A DNA stretch of 64,000 nucleotides from a virus (lineage: Duplodnaviria > Caudoviricetes): IMG/VR virus record IMGVR_UViG_3300035661_000004; one strand, written 5' to 3'. Positions 54,544 to 62,558 of the stretch are shown piece by piece. Each line of letters starts with the position of its first letter. The stretch's first letter is position 1. The notes under the pieces are model-generated. The model saw nothing but the letters and a program-made list of their open reading frames with translations, ran no database searches and was not told the DNA's origin. The translations under genes were made by a program, and so were the position numbers.

Positions 54544-56427
54544 ATGAGCAAGGTTACGTTCGAGGACATGTGGTGGAAGAATTTCATGTCCTTCGGCAAC
54601 GTCATGACGACGGTCGATCTGACACGACCAGGTACCACCTTGATTGTCGGCGAGAACGCCGATGAAGGTGGCTCGTCCGGCGCCGGCAAGACCACGATCA
54701 TGAACGTGCTGTCCTACATCGTCTACGATAAGATCCCTCGTGATGATGTGAAGAAGGACAAGCTGATCAACAACATCAACAACGCCAAGACCATCACGAT
54801 GGAGGCGGGGCTCAACCTAACAGTGGGCGTTGACAAGTATAAGCTAGAGCGCCGGCGTGGGTATAACGCCGGCGTCGGGATGTGGAAGAACGGCGTCGAC
54901 ATCACGCCTGACTCGGTCGCCAACTTCAACCTGGCAGCTGAAGAGCTGATCGGCTTCTCCTACAACCTCTTTAGTCAGATCATCCTCTTCAACGGCAGCT
55001 CAACTCCTTTCCTGAGCCTGTCAGGACCCGAGCAGCGCTCGCTGATCGAGGAGCTCCTGCGGATCACCCTGCTGTCGCGCAAGGCTGAAGCTTTGAAGCT
55101 GCTCATGTCAGCGACCGAGAGCGAGCTGAAGATCAACTTAGCCTTGATCGAGCAGCAGAAGAAGCACGCCGAACGGCACCAGCAGATGATCGCCGCCGCA
55201 GAGAAGCGCGTCTCAGACTGGAACATCCAGCACGTCGCGGATATCCGAGCGCAGGAGGTCAAGCTTGAAACTCTGATGTCGGTTGACTTTGACGCCGAGG
55301 AGCAGATCCATGCTATGATCAAGGAGCTGCAAGAGAAGATCGCGCCTATCGACAGCGCAATTAGCCAGCATGCGGCTCTGATTCGGGCCGAGCGAGCTAA
55401 AACTTACCCAGGCAGCAGCAAGATCGCAGTCATGCGGCGCGACCTCGCCGCTTTGAAGAGCGAGAAGGCTAAGTATGAGGCTGAGCTGGGTCACCTCGCT
55501 GACGCCAAGTGCCCGTACTGCTTGCAAAAGTTCGAGGACGCTGCGAGTAAGATCGCTGAGCTGCAGGTCAATCTCGACTCCGCTACCATCGCTCTAGCTA
55601 CCTTGTCTAACGGGTTGCAGCTTGAAGTAGACTCTCAGGTCATGTTTGAAACCCAACGCGACAATGTCGCCGGCAACATGGAGCTGGACCTTGAAGCGAT
55701 GCGGGAGAGCAAGGTCAGCCTAGCTGGAGAGCTGGCTGACTACCAAGCCGTCCTGACCTACAAGACCTACAAGGACCACGTCAACGCCGCGTCGATGGCA
55801 GGCACGCTTGCTGACAAGATCGACAAGCTAAAGGATGAGGTCAATCCCCACCTTGACGCGCATGCGGCTTTGAAGAATGATCCAGGCGTACAGCTCGACA
55901 CCACCAAGGTTGACGAGCTGACCAAGCTGAAGGAGCACCAGAAGGTTCTCCACAAGCTGCTGACTGACAAGAACAGCTACATCCGCAAGGGCATCATCAG
56001 CAAGACGCTGCCGTTCCTCAACAAGCGGATCGCCTACTACACCGAGCGGTTGGGCCTGCCGCATGTTGTGCTCTTCCAGCCTGACATGTCTTGCGAGATC
56101 GCTAAGATGGGTCTAGAGCTTAGTCACGGAAACCTGTCCAACGGCGAGCAGAAGCGCTTGAACCTTGGCCTGTGCTTCGCCTTCCGGGACGCGCTAACTT
56201 ACCTGCACTCCAAGGTCAACGTCCTGCTAACCGACGAGGTCGACGGCGGCTCGCTCGATGAGCAAGCGGTGACAGCGATGATCTCGCTGCTGAAGCACAA
56301 AGCGTGGGACGACAAGATCGGCATCTTCATCATCTCGCACCGCCCCGAGTTTGACGGCAAGTGCGACCGGAACCTGATCGTCCGCAAGGAGTGCGGGTTC
56401 TCCTCGCTGATCAAGCAGGTTGACTAA
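54544..56427 (+). CDS. gp46: Recombination ATPase (Rad50/SbcC, T4 gp46)
   Basis: Walker A GSSGAGKTT, CPYC Zn hook, LSNGE signature, LLTDE Walker B, IISH. Confidence 0.95.
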   Translation: MSKVTFEDMWWKNFMSFGNVMTTVDLTRPGTTLIVGENADEGGSSGAGKTTIMNVLSYIVYDKIPRDDVKKDKLINNINNAKTITMEAGLNLTVGVDKYKLERRRGYNAGVGMWKNGVDITPDSVANFNLAAEELIGFSYNLFSQIILFNGSSTPFLSLSGPEQRSLIEELLRITLLSRKAEALKLLMSATESELKINLALIEQQKKHAERHQQMIAAAEKRVSDWNIQHVADIRAQEVKLETLMSVDFDAEEQIHAMIKELQEKIAPIDSAISQHAALIRAERAKTYPGSSKIAVMRRDLAALKSEKAKYEAELGHLADAKCPYCLQKFEDAASKIAELQVNLDSATIALATLSNGLQLEVDSQVMFETQRDNVAGNMELDLEAMRESKVSLAGELADYQAVLTYKTYKDHVNAASMAGTLADKIDKLKDEVNPHLDAHAALKNDPGVQLDTTKVDELTKLKEHQKVLHKLLTDKNSYIRKGIISKTLPFLNKRIAYYTERLGLPHVVLFQPDMSCEIAKMGLELSHGNLSNGEQKRLNLGLCFAFRDALTYLHSKVNVLLTDEVDGGSLDEQAVTAMISLLKHKAWDDKIGIFIISHRPEFDGKCDRNLIVRKECGFSSLIKQVD

Positions 56428-56689
56428 GGCTGCCAGGGTACGCGTCAACATGCTTGACGATCATGGCTGCAAACTGCGCTCGGGTGCTCATTCTCCAATA
56501 CTGATAGCCACCGACAGCTCGCCATGAGATGGTGGCGTCAGTTGTCGAGCTAACATACACATATGTGTTGTCAGGTAGCCTGACCTCCAAGCATGGCTCA
56601 ATCAAACCTCGCCAGAGCTTGACCTGAACACAGTCGGGTAGCTCAGCAACGAGCCATTGCTCAAGAGCAAACAGTTCGATCCTAGTCAT
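56411..56689 (-). CDS. Small hypothetical protein (degenerate QQ-helix)
   Basis: MTRIELFALEQWLVAELPD, 92 aa. Confidence 0.55.
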   Translation of the reverse strand: MTRIELFALEQWLVAELPDCVQVKLWRGLIEPCLEVRLPDNTYVYVSSTTDATISWRAVGGYQYWRMSTRAQFAAMIVKHVDAYPGSLSQPA

Positions 56690-56720
56690 CCTACGGATTG
56701 TACACCCTTGGGCCACCGTG

Positions 56721-56726
56721 TAAATA
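56721..56726 (+). promoter_or_regulatory. Late promoter TAAATA
   Basis: TAAATA-ggtgc-ATG(56732). Confidence 0.6.
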
Positions 56727-56731
56727 GGTGC

Positions 56732-57547
56732 ATGAGCGTTGAAAACGCATATGCTGTGCTTCGCCGGCAGATTGAGGAGCTCAAGCTCTTTGACTCGCGT
56801 GGCAGGTTTCAGCCCAAGGCTCCCACGCCTCCTGACTTTGTAACCGCTTGCTTTGCGGCCACCTCAGAGTGCAAGTCTCTCGAGCTGAGAGACCGCATCT
56901 ACTGGGTGGTCAACGACCTCCGTTCTCACCCAACCTGCAAGTCGTGCGGGGCTCAGCTCTCGATACCTAAGAACTTCAGCCAACGGTCAAGGGATAAGCA
57001 GTACTGTCCCGGTGGCTGCCACGCTAAGAGCGAGGAGGTCAAGGCCAGGATGCGCGAAACCTGCCGCAGGCGCTACGGAATTGACAATGTAGGTGAGATA
57101 CCCGAAGTCAAGTCAAAGATGCGTAGGACCTGCCTTGCAAGGTACGGGGTGCCTCATCCTATGCAGGACTCCGCTGTGTTCGAGCGTCATCAGCGCGCCA
57201 GCGTTAAGCTCAAGACGTTCACCACGCCCAGCGGCAACATGCTTCGATACCAGGGCTATGAGGACGTGGCTCTCAGACTGTTGTTCGAGATGAAGCTCAA
57301 CGAGGCTGACATTATGGTCAGCCGAAGCAACATGCCCCGTATCCTCTACTTCAAAGGGGCGCGGCGAGCACGGTACTATCCCGACATCTACGTGCCTAGC
57401 CTGAACCTGCTCCTCGAAGTCAAGAGCGTCTATACCTTCAATCGAGAGCGGGACCTGACCTTTGCCAAGCAGGACGCCTGCGTCAAGCAGGGCTATAAGC
57501 ACCTGATCGTCATCTGTGACAAGCGACACGTGCTTGAGATTTTGTGA
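56732..57547 (+). CDS. Putative mobile endonuclease with C..RYG repeats and C-terminal PD-(D/E)xK domain
   Basis: CKSC...C Zn motif, TCRRRYGIDN / TCLARYGVPHPMQ repeats, YYPDIY...LLEVKS. Confidence 0.75.
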   Translation: MSVENAYAVLRRQIEELKLFDSRGRFQPKAPTPPDFVTACFAATSECKSLELRDRIYWVVNDLRSHPTCKSCGAQLSIPKNFSQRSRDKQYCPGGCHAKSEEVKARMRETCRRRYGIDNVGEIPEVKSKMRRTCLARYGVPHPMQDSAVFERHQRASVKLKTFTTPSGNMLRYQGYEDVALRLLFEMKLNEADIMVSRSNMPRILYFKGARRARYYPDIYVPSLNLLLEVKSVYTFNRERDLTFAKQDACVKQGYKHLIVICDKRHVLEIL

Positions 57548-57551
57548 CTGC

Positions 57552-57557
57552 TAAATA
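57552..57557 (+). promoter_or_regulatory. Late promoter TAAATA
   Basis: TAAATA-agctca-ATG(57564). Confidence 0.65.
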
Positions 57558-57563
57558 AGCTCA

Positions 57564-58124
57564 ATGACTGATACACAAATCAACGAGCTGAAGCCCGCTC
57601 GCAAGAAGGCCGTCAACGGTCGCGCTAAAGGCGCGGGCTTCGAGCTGACCATGGCGAAGCTCCTCTCAACTACCTTCGCGCCGCTGAACTTCAAGCGGAC
57701 ACAGTCGAGCGGCGCGATCGTCGGCGGCAGGAACTCCTGGCAAACCCAGCTCTACAGCCAGCACATGCTGTCGGCCTTTGTCGGCGACATCTTCCCAGTC
57801 AATGAGGAGGACATAGCCAAGGCAGAGGGCTGGAAGTTCCGATTCACCGTCGAGTGCAAGTTTTATCAGTCACAGGATGCGTTTGCGACATTGTTCAAAA
57901 ATCCTCAGCTATTGACATGGTGGGCACAAGCTAAGAGAGACGCTGCTAAGATCCCAGACCGCGAGCCATTGCTTATTTGCAAATTCAACTTCACAGATAC
58001 ATACGTTGGGTTTGAATGCGACCCTCCCAAAACTGTTTCTCGCGTTGTACAGATCGACGATGTGAAATTTTGTCTGATGAATGAAGCCTTAAAGGATCTT
58101 AATTGGTGGAAAGCAAAGCTGTAG
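57564..58124 (+). CDS. Holliday junction resolvase (Hjc-like PD-(D/E)xK)
   Basis: NGRAKGAGFELTMAKLL, RTQSSGA, GDI, VECKFY. Confidence 0.82.
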   Translation: MTDTQINELKPARKKAVNGRAKGAGFELTMAKLLSTTFAPLNFKRTQSSGAIVGGRNSWQTQLYSQHMLSAFVGDIFPVNEEDIAKAEGWKFRFTVECKFYQSQDAFATLFKNPQLLTWWAQAKRDAAKIPDREPLLICKFNFTDTYVGFECDPPKTVSRVVQIDDVKFCLMNEALKDLNWWKAKL

Positions 58125-58518
58125 TCTACATGTACATTGATCCCAAGACCGATACGCCTCGCTATCGGTAAAGGGCTTCCTCATAGACTATTTGATCATC
58201 TTAAGTGGTCTCATAATGTCATGCTTCACAATCTCATTAAGAGAAGGCTACAGCATGACACCGACAATATAGACTGTCAAGGATGATGCTACAGCTCAAG
58301 TCATTGAAAGATTTTGGTAGCTGTCTATGGTCGCGCTGACTTAAACACAGGAACGCTATTCAATCACACTGATGGAGGTGATGGTGCTTCAAATCTCTCA
58401 GAGATCACGCTACAGCGCATGTCAGACGCCCAAAGGGCCACGTGGGGGAGATCCAGAGATTAGAGCAAAGAAGCCAGCAGGGATTAAGGATGCATGGGCG
58501 GATCCAACTGGTAAATAG
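58106..58518 (+). pseudogene. Frameshifted GIY-YIG endonuclease
   Basis: VVYMYIDPKTDTPRY / GKG..RLFDHL / VAVYGRADLNTGTLFNHTDGGDG lie in different frames. Paralog of 51861..52652. Confidence 0.75.
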
Positions 58519-58673
58519 CCACCCGAGGACCTGCTGATATACTATACACGAGATGAATACGCTGGCCGTTGGAATTCTCATCTCTTCCTGCGGTTCCTCG
58601 TCGGGCGCCGCATCATCCTCATGATCGTTGATGCATACGACCCCCGCAATCACAAACTACCTGGACAAACGAT

Positions 58674-59033
58674 ATGGGCCACAAGGCAGCCAAGAAGGCG
58701 CGCAAGCTCCTCAATACCCTCCAAGCTCAAACCGGCGATAAGGACAGCTGGACGGAGCACGTCTATGTCGAGAACGAGAATCGGCGGAAGAAGCAGCTCG
58801 TTGAGCTGAAGACCGGCGAGGAGAAGGAGATCACCGTCTCCCTGGGTCAGCTGACCCTTAAGCCTGGCTCCGGACGCGCGGTCTACAAGGTCATCAAGCG
58901 CGCGATGCAGGGCAAGGCCTCAGGCGTCAACAGCAAGCCGTTGACCAACTTCCCAGTCGCGACCGCTGGCTTGCCTGTACAGCAGAAGCTGCTGCCCGTC
59001 GCCGAACCCACCTTCATCGAAACCGAAGAGTGA
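58674..59033 (+). CDS. Hypothetical protein
   Basis: 119-aa ORF with phage-typical codon usage. Confidence 0.65.
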   Translation: MGHKAAKKARKLLNTLQAQTGDKDSWTEHVYVENENRRKKQLVELKTGEEKEITVSLGQLTLKPGSGRAVYKVIKRAMQGKASGVNSKPLTNFPVATAGLPVQQKLLPVAEPTFIETEE

Positions 59034-59401
59034 TCATCGACTTAGAGCGGAAAGACGCTCTAGCCCAGGCGATTGTAATGGCTCACGACAATGAGATCAT
59101 TGACATCGCCTGCCGCACGCTTGACACGTCGTACAAGCAAGTCAGCCATGTTTGGGTTGGCCCGAAACGAGCTCTCCACATGACGCTCTCGCTCATTGTA
59201 GGCTCTAAGGCCCGCATCGAGCATGAGTACATCATCACGGGTGTGACAGGCGTCAAGCCTGGCTACAAATACTGCATGCTACGTCGCCATGTCGGCGACT
59301 ACACGTCCACGCCACTTAAAGAGGCCTTTGAAGCATTTGCCTACGCGCGAGTGAAGCAGGGCCTTTGGCAAACCGAGTCCGCAATCAGCGGCTCTTCATA
59401 A
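59030..59401 (+). CDS. Hypothetical protein
   Basis: 123 aa, GTGA-coupled to the upstream gene. Confidence 0.65.
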   Translation: MIIDLERKDALAQAIVMAHDNEIIDIACRTLDTSYKQVSHVWVGPKRALHMTLSLIVGSKARIEHEYIITGVTGVKPGYKYCMLRRHVGDYTSTPLKEAFEAFAYARVKQGLWQTESAISGSS

Positions 59402-59416
59402 AGCTCATAATGGTAA

Positions 59417-59714
59417 GGTCCCGAAGCACCTAGTATGACGCCGCTCTTTGGTTGAACTTCAGAAAAGAGGAGCGGGCTGAGGCGTCCCAGATTCGCCTTT
59501 CCCTGTGTTAGAGGCCCGGGGATGGAGCATGTACGAGCATGCCCGATAAACAGCTATGCCTAAGTCATCTTTGCAGATAGCGGTACTCCGCGGCTGATAA
59601 CTCGTTGCAAGGCAGGAGGGTGATGGCTCCTGACCAACTGTAACACTCGTCATGGAATCCCAACGGTTAAGGGGTGGGAACCATGGGTGTGCCTGCTGTC
59701 TACATCCCCCGGAC
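59417..59714 (-). ncRNA. Candidate structured non-coding RNA
   Basis: TAAATA at 59720-59725, followed by about 300 nt with no convincing ORF and many stems, including GCAA and cUUCGg tetraloops on the minus strand. Confidence 0.45.
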
Positions 59715-59744
59715 GGTACTATTTATGGGCGCACAAACCTGCAT

Positions 59745-59988
59745 CTAAATGCAATAGGACACATGGCTTGGCAACCGCCAACACCTTCGTTCTAAGCATA
59801 TGATGAGGTATGGGCCTCCTAAGCCTTCCGTCAGCTGTTGCTTAGTACTGGAGGTCGGGATCACGTCGTTTGAGCTCCACGTGACCTTGCCCGCATTGGT
59901 GTGAAGGTAGAGCTGCCCGTTCTTCTGGCTCAGCTTGATGTCAGTAGGTGCTGTTGCAGCTTAAGGAGCTTTTGCGCTCGGCGCTCAT
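59745..59988 (-). pseudogene. Frameshifted QQ-helix family protein, apparently fused to the HNH ORF
   Basis: MSAERK / KLLKLQQHLL / DIKLSQKNGQLYLHTNAGKVTWSSNDVIP in successive frames. The 3' end is uncertain. Confidence 0.45.
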
Positions 59989-60400
59989 CGAGAATCTCCC
60001 GTTCACCGATGCTCTTCTCCTGGTTGCAAGGATAGCACATCGTTGTGGTGTTGGTCAGGTCATCCCTGCCGCCGAGCGAGCGAGCGAGGGTGTGGTCATG
60101 AGTGAACAGGACCTCCTCTTGCGTTTCAGGGTGAACGCCGTAGAGGTTGGCGTGCGGGTTGTCATTGCCCGGATTGTTCGTTTGGCGCTCGACGCCAAAG
60201 TGCGTGGCTTGCAAGCCGCACTTAACACAGCAGAGCCGTGCACGGTCACGCCCAAACGTACGCATGCGGAGCGAGACCACGCCGATGCTGTACCCTTCGA
60301 AGAGCACGCGCCCCTTCCTGAGGCCCATGTGCTCCTTGATCGCGTCTAAGACAGGCTCAAGGGGTATGTTGGCCAAGCGTGTGTAGAGCTGTGCTGTCAT
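59930..60400 (-). CDS. HNH endonuclease domain protein
   Basis: CVKCG...THDHTLARSLGGRDDLTNTTTMCYPCNQEKS. Confidence 0.85.
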   Translation of the reverse strand: MTAQLYTRLANIPLEPVLDAIKEHMGLRKGRVLFEGYSIGVVSLRMRTFGRDRARLCCVKCGLQATHFGVERQTNNPGNDNPHANLYGVHPETQEEVLFTHDHTLARSLGGRDDLTNTTTMCYPCNQEKSIGEREILDERRAQKLLKLQQHLLTSS

Positions 60401-60601
60401 CGTTTGTATCTTTGGAAAAGTTCAAGCGTGACTTCGGCTATCGTGTCAGCCTCCTTGTCACACGTGTGGGTTGACTGCCAGATGCGAGAAGATCTTGTAG
60501 TAGGCCGTTGCGGTGCTTGTGTCACCTCGCTTGCGCTCCTCCGTCGGCCACTTGAAAAGGGTCTCGACCATGACCAATGTTTCAATGTGCTCGGGGCTCA
60601 T
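60397..60601 (-). pseudogene. Small protein with one frameshift
   Basis: MSPEHIETLVMVETLFKWPTEERK...HLAVNP from the ATG coupled to the 60598 stop, continuing TCDKEADTIAEVTLELFQRYKR in another frame. Confidence 0.45.
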
Positions 60602-60933
60602 GCTTGCACGCTAGCCACAAGAGCGACGGGCAGCTTGGCCAGGAAGTCAACCATGTCGGTAGCGGTCTCGCCGCAAGCCTTGGTAGCTTCCATCCACTTC
60701 AGCGGGCTCACGCCCTTGTTGGGCATGTTGAGGAAGGCGTTGATTGCCGTGCCCTTGACCTTGCCTGCTTCGAAAGCCTGATCGAGAGCGAGCGCGTCGG
60801 CGTCTTTGACGTTCTTTTGGCTTGCTGAAATCTTCCCGCCGCTGAAGCTGCGGGTCAAGTTCAGCCGATGGCCAGCGGCTGACACAACAGTAACGCGGAT
60901 GTAGTCGTGCTGCGAAGTGTAGAGTGTCTTCAT
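60598..60933 (-). CDS. Hypothetical early protein
   Basis: 111 aa with an AAGGA Shine-Dalgarno and a sigma70-like promoter upstream. Confidence 0.75.
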   Translation of the reverse strand: MKTLYTSQHDYIRVTVVSAAGHRLNLTRSFSGGKISASQKNVKDADALALDQAFEAGKVKGTAINAFLNMPNKGVSPLKWMEATKACGETATDMVDFLAKLPVALVASVQA

Positions 60934-60969
60934 TGCGAGTCCTTAAGTTTACCGATTGCCGATATGATG

Positions 60970-60998
60970 ATTGTACATCATCACGGACCACGGTGAAA
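60970..60998 (-). promoter_or_regulatory. sigma70-type early promoter
   Basis: TTTCAC-17 nt-TACAAT. Confidence 0.5.
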
Positions 60999-61050
60999 CA
61001 AGAACTTACAAAAAGACGGTCACGAAGCTGGCTCAGCTTCGTGTTTTACC

Positions 61051-61287
61051 TTACCAGAAGACAGGGACCTGCTTCTTAATGAGGTCATTGACCTCCTTGA
61101 ACCGGTCATTCAAGAACTCAACCGCACGGTCACGTTCCATCGGCGACATGGCCCACACGTCATTACGTGTGTAGTGGCCACGGAAGTAGTAACCCATTGA
61201 CGTGAGCGATTTAACCAACGCTTCATTCTCAGTCTCGAAGGACTTGAACACTCGGGTGATGACCTGTTGGTCACCGGAGCCAATCAC
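61051..61287 (-). CDS. Baseplate hub assembly chaperone (gp51-like)
   Basis: YFRGHYTRNDVWAMSPMERDRAVEFL, coupled downstream of the gp26-like gene. Confidence 0.6.
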   Translation of the reverse strand: MIGSGDQQVITRVFKSFETENEALVKSLTSMGYYFRGHYTRNDVWAMSPMERDRAVEFLNDRFKEVNDLIKKQVPVFW

Positions 61288-62102
61288 CCGTAGAAGAAAG
61301 AAATTGGGTTCAGGTCGAGCGGGTGAGGGAATGTCTCACCGCAGTCCTTGCATACCAGCTTAGCGGTGTAGTCGTAGCCCCAGCTGTCCGTTCGGCTGAT
61401 GCCAGCCATCAGCTCATTGAGGAGCTTCTTGGACACGCAGCGAAGCCACTCAACCAGCTTAGACCTGTCAGTGATCGGCGTTGACGTGGCGTCATTTTGG
61501 ACACTCTCGATCACATTTAGCAGGTCATCAATAGCTACTCGCTCGAGGTCATCATCTGACGGCTTATGACCGTCATTCTCAGCTCGATCCATCTCCATGC
61601 GCATGTGCATGATGCGCAGCGAGTCCTCATAGGTGTTCGGCTTGATGTTGACCACCTGCTCGTTTGACAGGGTAACCTTGTAGAGGGTGTCCTTGTGCTT
61701 AAGCACGCCATTGTTAGGCTGTGACAGCAGATGCTCGATGTTTAGCTCGTACGAGTGCTGCTTAGCGTTCTCGCAGTCATGCTGCGTGCTGAGCTGCATG
61801 ACTGGGCCGTAGGTAGCGACTCGTAGGAAGGTGAACAGCGCGTCCACGTCCTTGCTGATCAGCAAGCCAGGCTTCAGGATCTCGGGTGCGCATTCGGCGC
61901 AGATGTCCTTGATGATCTTGCCTGAGTAGAGCAAGTCAGCTGAGCGAACCTTCATCTCCATCAATGCTGACATGGGTGACACGTGCACTTCGCCGTTCTT
62001 AACGGACTCGGCGAGCACGCCAGGCCCGTAGAAGACGCCCATTGACGGCAGCGCGAAGACGCGACCTGGGAGCTTGACTTTGCTTAGGAGAGGATTTGTC
62101 AT
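61284..62102 (-). CDS. gp26: Baseplate hub subunit (gp26-like)
   Basis: LPSMGVFY, V.PM...E, DVDALFTFLRVATYG, and C-terminal CKDC. Confidence 0.75.
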   Translation of the reverse strand: MTNPLLSKVKLPGRVFALPSMGVFYGPGVLAESVKNGEVHVSPMSALMEMKVRSADLLYSGKIIKDICAECAPEILKPGLLISKDVDALFTFLRVATYGPVMQLSTQHDCENAKQHSYELNIEHLLSQPNNGVLKHKDTLYKVTLSNEQVVNIKPNTYEDSLRIMHMRMEMDRAENDGHKPSDDDLERVAIDDLLNVIESVQNDATSTPITDRSKLVEWLRCVSKKLLNELMAGISRTDSWGYDYTAKLVCKDCGETFPHPLDLNPISFFYG

Positions 62103-62515
62103 TTGCGTTTTTTTGAGGATGCTTTATTGATGCTGCCTGGCTGCGACTGCTGCCTGACAGTTTGAATCTTGGGAGGCTTCATGACCTTGTCTCGAGTCAT
62201 CGCTAGCGACTTGATAGGCATCTTGATCAGCTTCCAAATGGGGCACATGCGAGCGAGCTCGTAAGTCATGAGCGGTTCATCACCGTTGATCATGCGTGAC
62301 TCGTTGGCCTGCATCATCCACCGAAGGAAGACCTCCTTGAACGGGATCGGCTTGACAGGAAGGTTGTCAAGGTCGAGCACAAGCATCTGCATGTTGGTAG
62401 ACAGCGGCAGCAGCGGGATGGCGCGGTACCGCTCATAAGCGGCTTCGAGCAAGCCAGATGACTTCAGCATGATGCCTAGCGTCTTGAGGGTCTTAGCGTC
62501 TATCTCGGTGTTCAT
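62099..62515 (-). CDS. Hypothetical late protein
   Basis: 138 aa, coupled to the gp26-like gene. Confidence 0.65.
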   Translation of the reverse strand: MNTEIDAKTLKTLGIMLKSSGLLEAAYERYRAIPLLPLSTNMQMLVLDLDNLPVKPIPFKEVFLRWMMQANESRMINGDEPLMTYELARMCPIWKLIKMPIKSLAMTRDKVMKPPKIQTVRQQSQPGSINKASSKKRK

Positions 62516-62517
62516 AA

Positions 62518-62537
62518 TAAATAGTCAAAGCTATTTA
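62518..62537. promoter_or_regulatory. Bidirectional late promoter (inverted repeat)
   Basis: TAAATAG-TCAAAG-CTATTTA between divergent genes. Confidence 0.65.
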
Positions 62538-62558
62538 TCACCTCCTGGAGTCCACTCA

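Noticed and set aside
58553-58740. Possible small membrane protein (MNTLAVGILI...LMIVDAYD...NYLDKRYG) after TAAATA at 58512
   Set aside because: It needs several frameshifts to reconstruct and overlaps ORF 58674..59033, so it is too uncertain to call.
59417-59714. tmRNA, RNase P RNA or tRNA identity for the structured segment
   Set aside because: It begins GGGGGAUGU like some tmRNAs but lacks the UUCGA D/T-loop ends and CCA. No GAGGAAAGUCC motif and no cloverleaf were seen.
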